Virus record (IMG/VR): IMGVR_UViG_2061766007_002263
Source: a virus
Lineage: Duplodnaviria; Caudoviricetes
Direction: 5' to 3' (one strand)
Length of the DNA stretch: 64,000 nt
The notes beneath the pieces were generated by a model. The model did not search any database. It was not told the origin of the DNA and worked only from the letters and a program-made list of their open reading frames with translations. Position 1 is the first letter of the stretch. Every line of letters begins with the position of its first letter. Of this stretch, positions 10,730 through 21,148 are shown in pieces. The translations under genes and the position numbers were made by a program.

Positions 10730-12169
10730 TTATTTTACTTGTACGTTATGAAGCTGTGTGGCAATCTTTCTGACCGTAGCATTGGCTGACTTCCCACCTT
10801 TGACTTTCATAATGGAGTCGATAGTCTGGTCAGTCTGTTCTTTAAGATTTTTCATGTTCTCGATGGTACTGAGTATATCGTCATATGCTCCGGTAGATTT
10901 GAGACTGTCAACCATGGATTGCTTCATTCCGTTCTTGCCTCCGAGTCCGTTGTTGTAAACGTCTTTGGCAATGTCTTCCATGTTAGGGAACATTTCTTTA
11001 AGATTATCAGTCGTGAGAAGCTTCATAGCCTCATTTATTGCCGACTGCGCCTCTTCAAAAGCGTCTTTCGCGCGGAACTGCTCGGTGTTAGTTCCGAATG
11101 TCATGGAAAGCCTCTGGCATTTATTATATGTAGAGGAAAGCCCCGTAAGAGCCTCCTTAATCTGGTCGATGACACTTTTTGCCTCTTCGGTAAGACAGTC
11201 CATGCCTATAAGCTCCCAGAACATCTGCACCATAGCGGAAACAATCATTATGAGAAGCGCGACTACTTTGACTATAATACGCTGGATTATCTCGGAGATA
11301 TTTGTAGGATTGTTCCAACATCCTGAGGCAAGAACAGTAATCTTTACCGTGTCCATCGTAATGTTCATCAACGGATTCATGGAGTTCTTTATAGTAACGA
11401 TTACGTTCAGTATGGCGAGGAAAGCTTTCATCAATCCAAGGTCTTTATATGCGCAAGCCCTTGCGTTCTGTTCTTTTGCCAGAATCTCCTGGTCCATCTT
11501 GTTCAATGCTTTATCTACTGCGTCAGCCATCGCCGAATCAGCAGTATCATCTCCAGAGTATGAGCCGTTCAAACCGTCCAAGTCATTCTCATTCATACTG
11601 AAAATATCCCCGGATGCGTCTCCGAGGTCATTGGGGTCTACATCTGAGTTCTCAATACCTTTTATGGGGCTTATGGTTCCGTTACAGTTTATGTCGAACA
11701 AGTCAAGTCCACTTGCACCGATGTCGTCAAAGTCACCGTCCTCAGAAGACCTCGATTTGCTTCCGGGGAGCAGCGTGGCAAGAATCTTTCCTATACCTAT
11801 CTCAATCTCAGGTATAAGGGGGTTAGGGTCGCCGTTCATGCTCGGAATCATTACCAGTGAATTGCCGGTACCACCGGCTTTGAATATAGCTTCCCTCAAA
11901 GAAGCCGGAATGTTGTCCAGTTTTCCGCCAGAGCCTCCGAAGTTTCCTATAGCCTCGTTGTCAGTCTGAAAATTGTCCGACGAGTATTTCATTGAAATCT
12001 CCGTAACTTTTCTTTGGATACTCGCCAATATTTTGTTGAGCTGTTCATCCGTATCCCTAAGGGACATCTGGTTGATTTCCCTCTTAGGGTTGAGGTTGTT
12101 GTCGCCGTATGAGTAATCTTCTTTAATGTATGCGTCGTAAACTTTGTCTACGAATGATTTGCTCTCCAT
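10730..12169 (-). CDS. putative virion protein with hydrophobic helices
   Basis: late motif ACTAAGTA 3 nt before ATG; amphipathic/hydrophobic C-terminal half. Confidence 0.65.
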   Translation of the reverse strand: MESKSFVDKVYDAYIKEDYSYGDNNLNPKREINQMSLRDTDEQLNKILASIQRKVTEISMKYSSDNFQTDNEAIGNFGGSGGKLDNIPASLREAIFKAGGTGNSLVMIPSMNGDPNPLIPEIEIGIGKILATLLPGSKSRSSEDGDFDDIGASGLDLFDINCNGTISPIKGIENSDVDPNDLGDASGDIFSMNENDLDGLNGSYSGDDTADSAMADAVDKALNKMDQEILAKEQNARACAYKDLGLMKAFLAILNVIVTIKNSMNPLMNITMDTVKITVLASGCWNNPTNISEIIQRIIVKVVALLIMIVSAMVQMFWELIGMDCLTEEAKSVIDQIKEALTGLSSTYNKCQRLSMTFGTNTEQFRAKDAFEEAQSAINEAMKLLTTDNLKEMFPNMEDIAKDVYNNGLGGKNGMKQSMVDSLKSTGAYDDILSTIENMKNLKEQTDQTIDSIMKVKGGKSANATVRKIATQLHNVQVK

Positions 12170-12190
12170 AAATACTTAGTTTCCTTATCG

Positions 12191-12955
12191 TTAGATTGTA
12201 ATGGAAGTAACCGGATTCAAATCAACGCCTTCCATTGATACGCCGGACGAACCGGTAGTTCCGATAACGTTGAGTCCGTGATGTCCGAGTATGACTTTCT
12301 TGGCATCTACGTTGAAAAGTTCCGTCTTGAACTCAATCTGATGCGCGTCCATCTGTATCTGGGAAAAACTCTCCGTGGTAGCTTGTGCGCTGCCGCTTGG
12401 GTTTCCAACGCGCATGTAAATCTTGTCGTACTGTATGATAAAACAAGTTCCACTGGTATTTATGTAATACTTCTCTCCGGTTTTGTAATTGTACATCTCT
12501 ACCATACCACCGCCTTCACGGTTGTTGGTATTTGTTATCCATTTCTCTATGACCATTTCATCATAATTTACGTAGTTTGTATCAAGCCCGCGTGACGAGA
12601 TAAAGTTCTGTATTTTCTTGTAGCCGTATGAATCCAGATAAGGCGTATTGTTGCACGTATAGAATTGGTTTGCAAGACCTATTACATATCCTACCGTAAA
12701 ATCTTCCGTAGCCGCGACAAATACCCAGTCAGGCATGTTCGTGTCTTTATTCGGATTAAGCTCTGTATAGCAATTTATAACTTGCCCTTTGAACATAGAA
12801 GGGTATCTTGGGAGATTGTCTGATTCCAAATCCGGGTAATCCGCCATGTATGGCATAATTCTGACTTGGAGACGGTCGTCACCTTCTTTGCCTACGTCAT
12901 GTACACGCGCCCTGTAAAGTTTAAGTTCCAGATTAGGTTTATATAATTCTCTCAT
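12191..12955 (-). CDS. baseplate spike, gp5/VgrG-like (OB fold + beta repeats)
   Basis: YRARVHD...DRLQVRI..P....LP, WVFV, VIG OB-fold pattern; position in baseplate module. Confidence 0.6.
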   Translation of the reverse strand: MRELYKPNLELKLYRARVHDVGKEGDDRLQVRIMPYMADYPDLESDNLPRYPSMFKGQVINCYTELNPNKDTNMPDWVFVAATEDFTVGYVIGLANQFYTCNNTPYLDSYGYKKIQNFISSRGLDTNYVNYDEMVIEKWITNTNNREGGGMVEMYNYKTGEKYYINTSGTCFIIQYDKIYMRVGNPSGSAQATTESFSQIQMDAHQIEFKTELFNVDAKKVILGHHGLNVIGTTGSSGVSMEGVDLNPVTSITI

Positions 12956-12975
12956 TGTAATCCTCCATATGCTTT

Positions 12976-14289
12976 TTAATCTACGCTGTAAAGATACGCC
13001 GACTTGTTTATCGTGGTCTTCTTGACATTATAAATAAGTGTTGGTCTTACTACTGTAATGATAGACGTAGTTTTGTCTGGGTTGCATCTTTCTTGTTTAG
13101 TCATTATACTTTTTACAAGCCATTTTCCATTTATCCAGTGTGTAGTTTTCTTTGAGGTTTCTTCATCCGCGTTCTCGCCTACCTTTCTTAAAGGCGTTAT
13201 AAGCATCGTGGTATCCCCGGCTACGAAGCCGTCTACGGCTCCGTTAACTATTATGTCAAGCTGGATAAAATCAATAACGTTATTATCGCTGTTCCTTGCC
13301 AATGCGAGTGCGTCTGGAAGCAGCCGGTTAGGATATGCCTCATTGCTGGTAGCGTCTATGTATTCCATTGTAAGGGCATTGAACGGCATCTTCGCGAAAT
13401 AATTGTCACCACTGTTTTTTCCCATTCTGGCTTTAGGCTGTTGGTTGGCTATGTAAACTTTTCCGGTCTCATTGTTTTCCAGCACCACTCGCTTTTTCAT
13501 GGTGGAGAACGATTTCTTGAGGTCTTCGTTGCCTATCGAAAGATTTATTTTTTGCCATGAGTAGTATTCTGTGATACCTTTTTGTTTTATCAGGTCTGTA
13601 AGTTGGTCTTGAACGGTATTCGCTATACCTTGAGGTGGATAAATAATTACTTTCGGCTCCTGACTTATCAGATTGGCAAATGAGTTCAAATTGGGTCGGT
13701 TGAACCAATCCAGATAGAAAAACACGTTGCTGTCGTTTATGTTCGTATAAGGCAATAATTTCTGTTCTATAAAGTCCACGTCAGACTCACCGCATTTATA
13801 CCTCGGTACATTTCCTGGGTCGCTTGAACTCGCAAATCTGTTGTCCTCTACTTTGAGACCAATCGCGCCGTTAGCGTCTTGACAGATTTTCTTTATAAGC
13901 TCGCTGAGCTTCATAGGAGCATATGCGTGTCCTTGATAAGTGCCATATAAATACCATGCCGGTTTGCACCAGACTTGGATGAACCCTCCCATCGCCTCAT
14001 TTCCGGCTTCAAATCCGTCGAATACTTTGGTGATTATAAAATCACAGAATGACTTAGCGGAGCGGCTGTCAGACTGGATGTTTCTGTTGCCTTCTATAAT
14101 GTCCAGACCTATTGTAGCACCGGGGTATAAGTCAAGCTGAGAAAGATATAATCCGTTTATATCCGTAATCTTGAAAGACAGTTCCGGCAGCGTCATGTCT
14201 ATAGAACTATAGATAGACACGTCCTCTATATTCCTTGATGGAATTTGAACTCTGTCAAGATACAAGATTATTAATGGTCTGGTAAGCAT
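12976..14289 (-). CDS. baseplate hub, gp27/gpD-like
   Basis: ESDVDFI, AGD, NGKWLVKSI motifs; lies between wedge and spike genes. Confidence 0.6.
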   Translation of the reverse strand: MLTRPLIILYLDRVQIPSRNIEDVSIYSSIDMTLPELSFKITDINGLYLSQLDLYPGATIGLDIIEGNRNIQSDSRSAKSFCDFIITKVFDGFEAGNEAMGGFIQVWCKPAWYLYGTYQGHAYAPMKLSELIKKICQDANGAIGLKVEDNRFASSSDPGNVPRYKCGESDVDFIEQKLLPYTNINDSNVFFYLDWFNRPNLNSFANLISQEPKVIIYPPQGIANTVQDQLTDLIKQKGITEYYSWQKINLSIGNEDLKKSFSTMKKRVVLENNETGKVYIANQQPKARMGKNSGDNYFAKMPFNALTMEYIDATSNEAYPNRLLPDALALARNSDNNVIDFIQLDIIVNGAVDGFVAGDTTMLITPLRKVGENADEETSKKTTHWINGKWLVKSIMTKQERCNPDKTTSIITVVRPTLIYNVKKTTINKSAYLYSVD

Positions 14290-14609
14290 TACTCAACTTC
14301 TTTCCTTTTGTTCTGGTTAAAGTTCAGTATGTCTTCTTTTGAAAATTCATAGATTTTGTATCCGGGCTCAAGTTCCCCAATGTAACCTATTTGGTTCATG
14401 TTAAGAAGTATGTCGTCATACTGAGCTTCGCCGTATCGGTTGTACATATATAGCCAGAACTTTTGAATATCACCTACAGTTACCCTGTGAGTAGTTGGTA
14501 TCGACGTTATTGCAAAATCAGAATAATTCGTGGTAAGTACGTCCGGATAAGGAATACCATCAATATCCGTTACTTTACTGTCTTTCATATAATCATATCT
14601 TGACTTCAT
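14289..14609 (-). CDS. baseplate wedge gp53/LysM-like protein
   Basis: HRVTVGD....YNRYG....DILLNMN.I....L.PG pattern. Confidence 0.6.
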   Translation of the reverse strand: MKSRYDYMKDSKVTDIDGIPYPDVLTTNYSDFAITSIPTTHRVTVGDIQKFWLYMYNRYGEAQYDDILLNMNQIGYIGELEPGYKIYEFSKEDILNFNQNKRKEVE

Positions 14610-14621
14610 TTTTGCCTCCTG

Positions 14622-15920
14622 TTATTGTGTTACGGAGCCAGTTACAGTAGCCATTGTTTCCATACGGTTGAGCGCGTTCTCACCGACTTGTGCCTGGCTT
14701 ACTACATTCTCTGACCTTTCCATTCCGACGGTATATCCCCATTGCCTTGCATAATCACTGTTCACAAAGAGTCTTATCGGTTCAAGCTCGTCAAACTTGA
14801 ACCATCCTTCACACGGATACCCGAATTCGTCTACATTATCAAAATCAAACCCCCATGATACTTTTTTAGGAACAAACGGTCCTACAACCAGCCCGCCAAT
14901 TATAAATGTTACGGTAGTAGTACATTTAAAACATTCTTCGGCTATCGTGTCTATAAGACCATACAGTTTGTCCGTAAAGTTATTGAAATTCTTTACCATG
15001 TTGGCTGCCCAGCTTTTATTTGAGTCACTTTCCAATGCCTCACGGTCTTGCTTGAGCAGAGACTCGTCTCCTCCGATAAGCTCCATAGTTTTAAGAACAG
15101 CCTTTCTGTCGGCTTGTGACTTTGTAGGAAACGGTCCGAATACGGAATGATAATCTCCAGTTTTGAGAGCCCAAGGTCCGACTAATGCGAGTATGGGCTT
15201 AACGACTTCTTCCTCACCAGAGAATAAGCCTGCTTGTCCAAACTTAAACTTGAACTGCGCCTCCGTTAGAAATGCGGAAGTTTTGGTTTTTGAGATATTT
15301 GCTACTTTGAAATCCTGATATAAAGACGCGCGTTCACCAGTAATCGCGTTGTCTACTAAGTCCTGGTCTCCGGTAAGCGTTCCGGCAGTCAATGCCACGG
15401 TATTTACCGCGTCGCTTACTCTTGATACTGTGCTGGCCAGTTTGTTATTCAATATCGTATCACCTAAAGACGTAAAATCATAATCAATCGAGTAATTCGT
15501 TTTTGGTTGATTTTCCATTTGGAGCATTACGCGCTCCGATATGTTTGCGAAGCTGTTTATTTTTCTGTGCCGCCAGTTTCCAAAAGCTGACGCGGACAAA
15601 AGGTATTGTTTTCCGGTTTTAGCTACTACACGGCTCAAATCATCCGCGCCGGTACTTATCGCAATGTCACAGTACCTTGCGCGGTTTACTATGTCCATGT
15701 TAGCGTCTTTCAGATGCCCTGCGGATTCTGTTTCAGTTTCTGAAACTGCCGTAGGACTAGGCCAAGTTATCGTGGACTTTCCAGAGTATGCTTGCCAACC
15801 TTCTGTAGCTTCATATGGGGCTTGAGCTTTCTCGGTTAGATGAGAATCATCACCTATGATAGTAGACCTTATAGGTCTTGATATAGTTGTTTTTTTGCCC
15901 AAATTATGAACTGTAATCAT
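14622..15920 (-). CDS. putative tail tube initiator/baseplate protein
   Basis: position after tape measure; VSWGFD..DEFGYP motif. Confidence 0.45.
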   Translation of the reverse strand: MITVHNLGKKTTISRPIRSTIIGDDSHLTEKAQAPYEATEGWQAYSGKSTITWPSPTAVSETETESAGHLKDANMDIVNRARYCDIAISTGADDLSRVVAKTGKQYLLSASAFGNWRHRKINSFANISERVMLQMENQPKTNYSIDYDFTSLGDTILNNKLASTVSRVSDAVNTVALTAGTLTGDQDLVDNAITGERASLYQDFKVANISKTKTSAFLTEAQFKFKFGQAGLFSGEEEVVKPILALVGPWALKTGDYHSVFGPFPTKSQADRKAVLKTMELIGGDESLLKQDREALESDSNKSWAANMVKNFNNFTDKLYGLIDTIAEECFKCTTTVTFIIGGLVVGPFVPKKVSWGFDFDNVDEFGYPCEGWFKFDELEPIRLFVNSDYARQWGYTVGMERSENVVSQAQVGENALNRMETMATVTGSVTQ

Positions 15921-15923
15921 ATG

Positions 15924-18900
15924 CTATTTCCTCGACCAGCTTTGTCCTACACCATTTCCAGCTTCGGTAGGTTTGACTTCACCAGTTTCCTTATTAAGTT
16001 GCGCACGTACAGGAATACCATTGCGGTTCCAGTCCGTAAGCACGTCGTATATCTTCTCGACATACGGATTTATTGTTGTTCCACCTAACGCTTCTTCAGC
16101 ATTCGTAGGTGTCTTGAAATCCTGCTTTCCAACATGGCTGTTTGCAATCGCGTCATAAATAGCAACAAGGTCTCTTTTCCTGTCCGCCATTTTCTTCATT
16201 GCGTCGGCGATACTGCTCATTGCCGTAGCGATTGTCGTGAACTTATCTGCTATGTTTCCAAGTTTTATAAAGCTCTCAAGCCCCGCACGGAATGAATCGT
16301 TTCCTGCAAGTGACATCGCATTTATAAAGTTCTTGAAGTTATTTATATGCGATTCGTTCAGCTTCTTCATGCCGTCCTGCATTTTTCCCATTCCATTAAC
16401 AAAGTCCTGACCATAACGGGACATTAACGGTATTGCCGAGCTCGACATTATCTGTATGGAATTCTCTATTCCACTCGTGTCCAAGTTGCTCATTTTTCGT
16501 CCGGCAGTCTGAAGACCATCGAGTACACGGCTGAACGTATCAAAGAATCCAGATTCAACTACTTGCTGTACCGCTTCAAGAGGTGATACCATAACGTCCG
16601 TATCAAACAGCCCGAAAACATCCCAACTGTTGTGGTTCTTCTCACCGGATGCTTCTTTTTTAACAAGTGCCATCATGTCTTGTGACACTACTATTACCGC
16701 AGAAAGGAAGCGGTTCATGTTGTCTACGCCTTTGTTTATTACTTCCTCGCTGAATCTGCTTTCGTCGGACAGCTTTACTACAAGGTCTGCCATACGGTCA
16801 ATTCCGTCGATTAACGGTGTAATGGCTTGTACCGCTTGCAGATTCAAATCTTGCAAATCCGCACTGGCTATAGTTTCAAGTGTATCACATAATGTATATT
16901 GTCCCGGAATGCGTTTGTCGCCTTTATGTCCGAACAGACGTTCACATATTCTGAGCATCGCCGTCGTAGCGGCATTTATCTGTTCTTCCGGTATTCCGTC
17001 CTTAAGCTTTATTACCATATCAACCAAGAGGCTCATGGCTTCAGCTACGTTCTTTACAAGCTCACCGACTGCTTGTACTGTTTCGGCGGACTGTCCTTTG
17101 AACGCCGAGGCTGTGTCCGCAAGACTGTTCATTACCATTGACAGACCTTCAAATACCATTTTTATAAGCTCAGGGCTTATGTCTTTCATGGAAGCTTGAA
17201 GTGATTCAAAAGCCTTACCAATGTCTTGCGCGTTGCGCATGAAACTTGCCATAGGAGCGATTGCCAGTAAAGCGTCTACACCTAATGCCGCAAGCTTGGC
17301 GGCATTTTTTGTAGCGTCCCAGAGGACTCCTAAACTTATGTTCTCGCCGGGATTCATTTGGATTCCCAAAAATCCGAGCATTACGCCGAGTCCCATGTTT
17401 TTCAAGTTTTCGGCTATGTTTTTAATGTCAGTATCGCTTCCCAGCTCAGACATATTTTTCTTGACGCTTACTAATGCTTCAGCTGCTACAGAAGCAAGTA
17501 ATGCAAATACAGCCAATTCCGCGGCGAAACCAAGAGCCGGAATACTTGCTACCAATCCCAATGTCCACCATCCAGTATTCTCAGCCATTTGTTTTGCTAC
17601 CATGCCGATTTTATTTACCGTTTTATTTTCACCAGTGTCTGGGTCAGTCAGTTCAAGCAGGAGCTTGTCCGTTACCCATAACAGTACTATGCCGACTGTG
17701 AATACAAGGATAGATACAGTGAACAGCGCTGAGAATAACAGAAATGCAATCATTCCAAGCGCACTAAGAATAGTATTCTTTATGAAGTCTCCGTCGGAGA
17801 ACATTGACATCATATTTTGGATTCTTTGTATTACCGGAAAGTCACCTTTTTCCCCTGCGACGAGACCTATAAGCACGTCAGACAGTTTAAGTAAAAGAAG
17901 TCCGGCATTGAATATAATTAACGTCGTCAAGAACAGTATAGAGAACGTAAGGAATCCGAGCATCGTAACGAATGCTCCCCATACCATTCCCATCATTGCG
18001 CTGAATCTTGTCGTTATAGTCTGTATCGCGTTCAATACATTGTCCACTGATTCTTGCTGCACATTTATGCTTTGCATGAGCTTTATGGCTATCGAGAACA
18101 GAATCATGGATACAGCGAGGCTAATCATTACGCTTGTAACGCCCGCAAGTGCCATTAATGCAGGTACGCAGAGCAGTCCGATAACTATGAGCGTTCCGAT
18201 GAATGTAATCATCGCGAGCAGACCTTTCATTGCGTCTATAAAATGTTTTCCTACATTTATAAGTATAGTAAGAGCAAGTCCATAAAGCAGGAATGATAAT
18301 CCCAATTGCAAAAATACTCTTGTAAGCTCGGTGATTATAGGGTGTGCTTTTCCGGCGGCTATGGCTACGGTAGTAAGAGTCGAAATCATCTTGGCCATGA
18401 ATCCTACGTTTACCAATGCTAACGGAGCAAACGGAAGAGTCAGAGCGAGTATTATTGTCGCGGTGGCGTATGTTTTAAGGCATCCTATTATCTGTGTCAT
18501 GCCTCTTGCGAAAGACTCAAAATCCTTCATGCTTGCTGCGAGGCTTTTTGATGATTCAATCATTTTGTTGACAAAAATAGCGAAGCTTTCTGTGGCTTTC
18601 TTTACTAAGGCTGAAGGAGCTAATGCCAGTATTACCGCACCTTCGGCAAATATTTTGAATGTTTTCCCAAGGTTCTCAAAGCTCTTGGGGTCGAGTCCCG
18701 TTATGCTCGCTTTCTTTTCTTTTGGCTCCGGACTCTCAGCTTTGAGTTTCTTTGATTTCTTGCCGCCGGGTATCTGTGACGAAATCTGATTCAATAAATC
18801 CTCTATGGAAAGAAGTACGCTCTGCATTTCTTTAAGCGTGGTAATCGGTTCGTCCGTAACAGCCGGTTTACCCGGTGTTGCCGGAGTCATAGTATTTAAT

Positions 18901-19580
18901 TTTTGAAAGTATTTGTCAATGTTATCCGAAAGCCCCGCAATATCCTCTTTGCTGGGCATCCGCAATGCTATCTGCTGGAGTATTGTTGTAAATGACCCAG
19001 TGGAGTCTATTAAGCCTTCGTTATTAGGAATCTTGTTTACGATGTTGTTCAAACTTTCCTGAATCTGTTCCGGCAGTTCTATTGCAATACTGCTGCCCGG
19101 TATTTTGTCGAGTATACTTTTAAGGTTGTCAGATACTTCTTGGAATGGTGTTTGAATCTGCTTGCCTATATCAGGAAACTCCATGTATTTTGGAAGCTCG
19201 GCTATTGTCTGTACTAGGGTGCTTAACTGCTGCTGTATTGAAAGCAATGTGGAATTAATGAGCAGTGCGCCCATTATGTATTTGCCACTGTAGCCGTTTA
19301 AGTCCGAGACGTTTACTTTTGTGCTTACTTTTCCGGGCTTGCTGTCACTCTGCGTATCGGAAGACTCCTCAGTATTAGCCTCTTTATTTCCTACTACTGA
19401 TTTTATTACTTCTGTTACCATTTCCGACATGACCTTTCCGCCGTCTTTAGAGAAGCCGGTTATAACGGAGAGTATGTCTTCCAGAGAATCTTTTAAATCT
19501 TCAAGGGTGGTATGGGATTCTTCGTGAAGACCCGTAAGCTCATCCAGCGTCTTCTCTCCCAAATCAGTAGTAATAGTCAT
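15924..19580 (-). CDS. tape measure protein
   Basis: 1218 aa, helical, long hydrophobic central tract, between chaperone and baseplate genes. Confidence 0.7.
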   Translation of the reverse strand: MTITTDLGEKTLDELTGLHEESHTTLEDLKDSLEDILSVITGFSKDGGKVMSEMVTEVIKSVVGNKEANTEESSDTQSDSKPGKVSTKVNVSDLNGYSGKYIMGALLINSTLLSIQQQLSTLVQTIAELPKYMEFPDIGKQIQTPFQEVSDNLKSILDKIPGSSIAIELPEQIQESLNNIVNKIPNNEGLIDSTGSFTTILQQIALRMPSKEDIAGLSDNIDKYFQKLNTMTPATPGKPAVTDEPITTLKEMQSVLLSIEDLLNQISSQIPGGKKSKKLKAESPEPKEKKASITGLDPKSFENLGKTFKIFAEGAVILALAPSALVKKATESFAIFVNKMIESSKSLAASMKDFESFARGMTQIIGCLKTYATATIILALTLPFAPLALVNVGFMAKMISTLTTVAIAAGKAHPIITELTRVFLQLGLSFLLYGLALTILINVGKHFIDAMKGLLAMITFIGTLIVIGLLCVPALMALAGVTSVMISLAVSMILFSIAIKLMQSINVQQESVDNVLNAIQTITTRFSAMMGMVWGAFVTMLGFLTFSILFLTTLIIFNAGLLLLKLSDVLIGLVAGEKGDFPVIQRIQNMMSMFSDGDFIKNTILSALGMIAFLLFSALFTVSILVFTVGIVLLWVTDKLLLELTDPDTGENKTVNKIGMVAKQMAENTGWWTLGLVASIPALGFAAELAVFALLASVAAEALVSVKKNMSELGSDTDIKNIAENLKNMGLGVMLGFLGIQMNPGENISLGVLWDATKNAAKLAALGVDALLAIAPMASFMRNAQDIGKAFESLQASMKDISPELIKMVFEGLSMVMNSLADTASAFKGQSAETVQAVGELVKNVAEAMSLLVDMVIKLKDGIPEEQINAATTAMLRICERLFGHKGDKRIPGQYTLCDTLETIASADLQDLNLQAVQAITPLIDGIDRMADLVVKLSDESRFSEEVINKGVDNMNRFLSAVIVVSQDMMALVKKEASGEKNHNSWDVFGLFDTDVMVSPLEAVQQVVESGFFDTFSRVLDGLQTAGRKMSNLDTSGIENSIQIMSSSAIPLMSRYGQDFVNGMGKMQDGMKKLNESHINNFKNFINAMSLAGNDSFRAGLESFIKLGNIADKFTTIATAMSSIADAMKKMADRKRDLVAIYDAIANSHVGKQDFKTPTNAEEALGGTTINPYVEKIYDVLTDWNRNGIPVRAQLNKETGEVKPTEAGNGVGQSWSRK

Positions 19581-19635
19581 ATAATAATTTAGTTGTGAAT
19601 TTATGTTTCCTTGAGTTGTGTAGGTTCAGGCTTAT

Positions 19636-19670
19636 AAAAAAAAGAGCCATATCTTTTTCAAGGTATGGCT
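19636..19670 (-). terminator. intrinsic terminator
   Basis: GAGCCATA...TATGGCTC stem, A8 on + strand gives U tail on minus. Confidence 0.75.
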
Positions 19671-19680
19671 CGTGATTTCA

Positions 19681-19935
19681 CTAGATGTGTGGTACGCTCG
19701 GCATACTTACATTCGGTACTTTTGCCATGCTTTGAGCTGAGTTCATCATGCTTCTTGCCTGACCCATGTAGCTGCTTACGTCTATGCCTTGCTCTTTTCC
19801 GGCATTCTTTTCCTGCTCTTGCCTGTACTTATCTTCATCCTCAAGCTGTTTTCTCAACGCTATGAACGTTCCTAGTACCAGCTCAAACGGAAGCGGAAGA
19901 AGCTGGGCGAATCCACATGAAGTTTTTCTACTCAA
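19681..19935 (-). CDS. tail assembly chaperone C-terminal part, probably reached by +1 frameshift
   Basis: weak TTG start without RBS; frame open back to ~20029 across CCC TTT CGA. Confidence 0.6.
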   Translation of the reverse strand: MSRKTSCGFAQLLPLPFELVLGTFIALRKQLEDEDKYRQEQEKNAGKEQGIDVSSYMGQARSMMNSAQSMAKVPNVSMPSVPHI

Positions 19936-21007
19936 ACTCGTAAGTAGTTGTATTAGTTGTGCCAGAGTAAAAGGCTGAAATAAGAGTATCGACTCGAAAG
20001 GGATAATTGTATTTTCCCGGCCTTCCCGTTATCGGGTTAGTGATGGAAATTTCATTATCCACTCCGAACTTCTGGTTCTGAAAGAAGTCCAGTACGCCTT
20101 GATATGTAATATGGTCCAATTCCGGGTCATTGGCATATTCAAACTTTTGGTCTAATGGAAGCTTCGAGATGTCTTTTCCATTAACTTCAAGAAGCTGCAA
20201 TGCTTTATAACAGAGCATCATGTCTTTTGTTTTCTTTCGGCTGTACTCATAATATGCGTCCTTGTCTTTCTGGGGAACGTCAGGTATAGAGCGGAGATTG
20301 ATGTTCTCGCCGTTCCGCCATCTTTTCTCATTGTCCTCGCGGAACTTTAGCATTCTTCCGATAGGTTCGAACTGCTTGTCTTGTGCTTCCCATTTCTTTT
20401 TTGTATAATTTGCTACTACTATAGCATCACCATATCTAGGAACGCCGAACTTGTAGGTATTTCCGTTTGCTTTTTTTACACGAATATTTGGATGAAAATC
20501 GTCTGGGAGCTCATGAAACTGTACTTTATTCAAATCCAACGTAAACTTTATAGACTGAGCTTTGAGGTTTCTTTCGGCACGTTTGAATTCGTCAGAATCA
20601 CGCCCGCCGTTGATTTCGGCTACATAATCCCAGTCCTCTTCAGTAGGGGTATATTCAAGTCCTTCAATCTTGCTCGAATAACATGTTTTATAAAGTATCA
20701 AAAGCGTTTCAATTACTTCTTTTTCATTGAAATCTTTTATGGAAATGTCTTTTTCCCATATAAGGTCGTCCAGACAATCTGCAAGCTTTATAGGCAGCTC
20801 TTCTGGCTGGACCATCGATAAGTCTATCATACCTTCTGTGGTGAAGTTTTTCATGTGAAATGTCGCTGGTGCACATCCGAGTCTTCCTTTTTCGGACAAA
20901 TTGATTGTATAATATCCAGCGGGTATTGAAGTCATTTCTTCAATTTCCTTTTGGGATTGACGAAGAAGCTCCAAGTCCTCTATTTTCTGTTCATCTCTAT
21001 CTTTCAT
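19928..21007 (-). CDS. tail/baseplate assembly chaperone (gp26-like)
   Basis: upstream of tape measure; LSEKG, PRYGD, FGVD..I...NP patterns; late motif 21050-21057. Confidence 0.6.
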   Translation of the reverse strand: MKDRDEQKIEDLELLRQSQKEIEEMTSIPAGYYTINLSEKGRLGCAPATFHMKNFTTEGMIDLSMVQPEELPIKLADCLDDLIWEKDISIKDFNEKEVIETLLILYKTCYSSKIEGLEYTPTEEDWDYVAEINGGRDSDEFKRAERNLKAQSIKFTLDLNKVQFHELPDDFHPNIRVKKANGNTYKFGVPRYGDAIVVANYTKKKWEAQDKQFEPIGRMLKFREDNEKRWRNGENINLRSIPDVPQKDKDAYYEYSRKKTKDMMLCYKALQLLEVNGKDISKLPLDQKFEYANDPELDHITYQGVLDFFQNQKFGVDNEISITNPITGRPGKYNYPFRVDTLISAFYSGTTNTTTYEFE

Positions 21008-21097
21008 GTGATTAGAAAAGACCTCCTTATGTTGAATACATTTTGTGAATATTTAGTCTTGTTGTTTGAAACCCAAAAATCAATTAAAATCCACTTA

Positions 21098-21140
21098 AAA
21101 AAATACCCCGGATTTTGGATTTAATCCGGGGCTTTCTTTT
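21098..21140. terminator. intrinsic terminator
   Basis: CCCCGGATT...AATCCGGGG stem flanked by A- and T-runs. Confidence 0.8.
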
Positions 21141-21148
21141 AAGAAAAC

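Noticed and set aside
10965-18789. Long plus-strand ORFs (10965..11969, 17221..18285 and others; also 2944..3720)
   Set aside because: Antisense shadows of convincing minus-strand genes.
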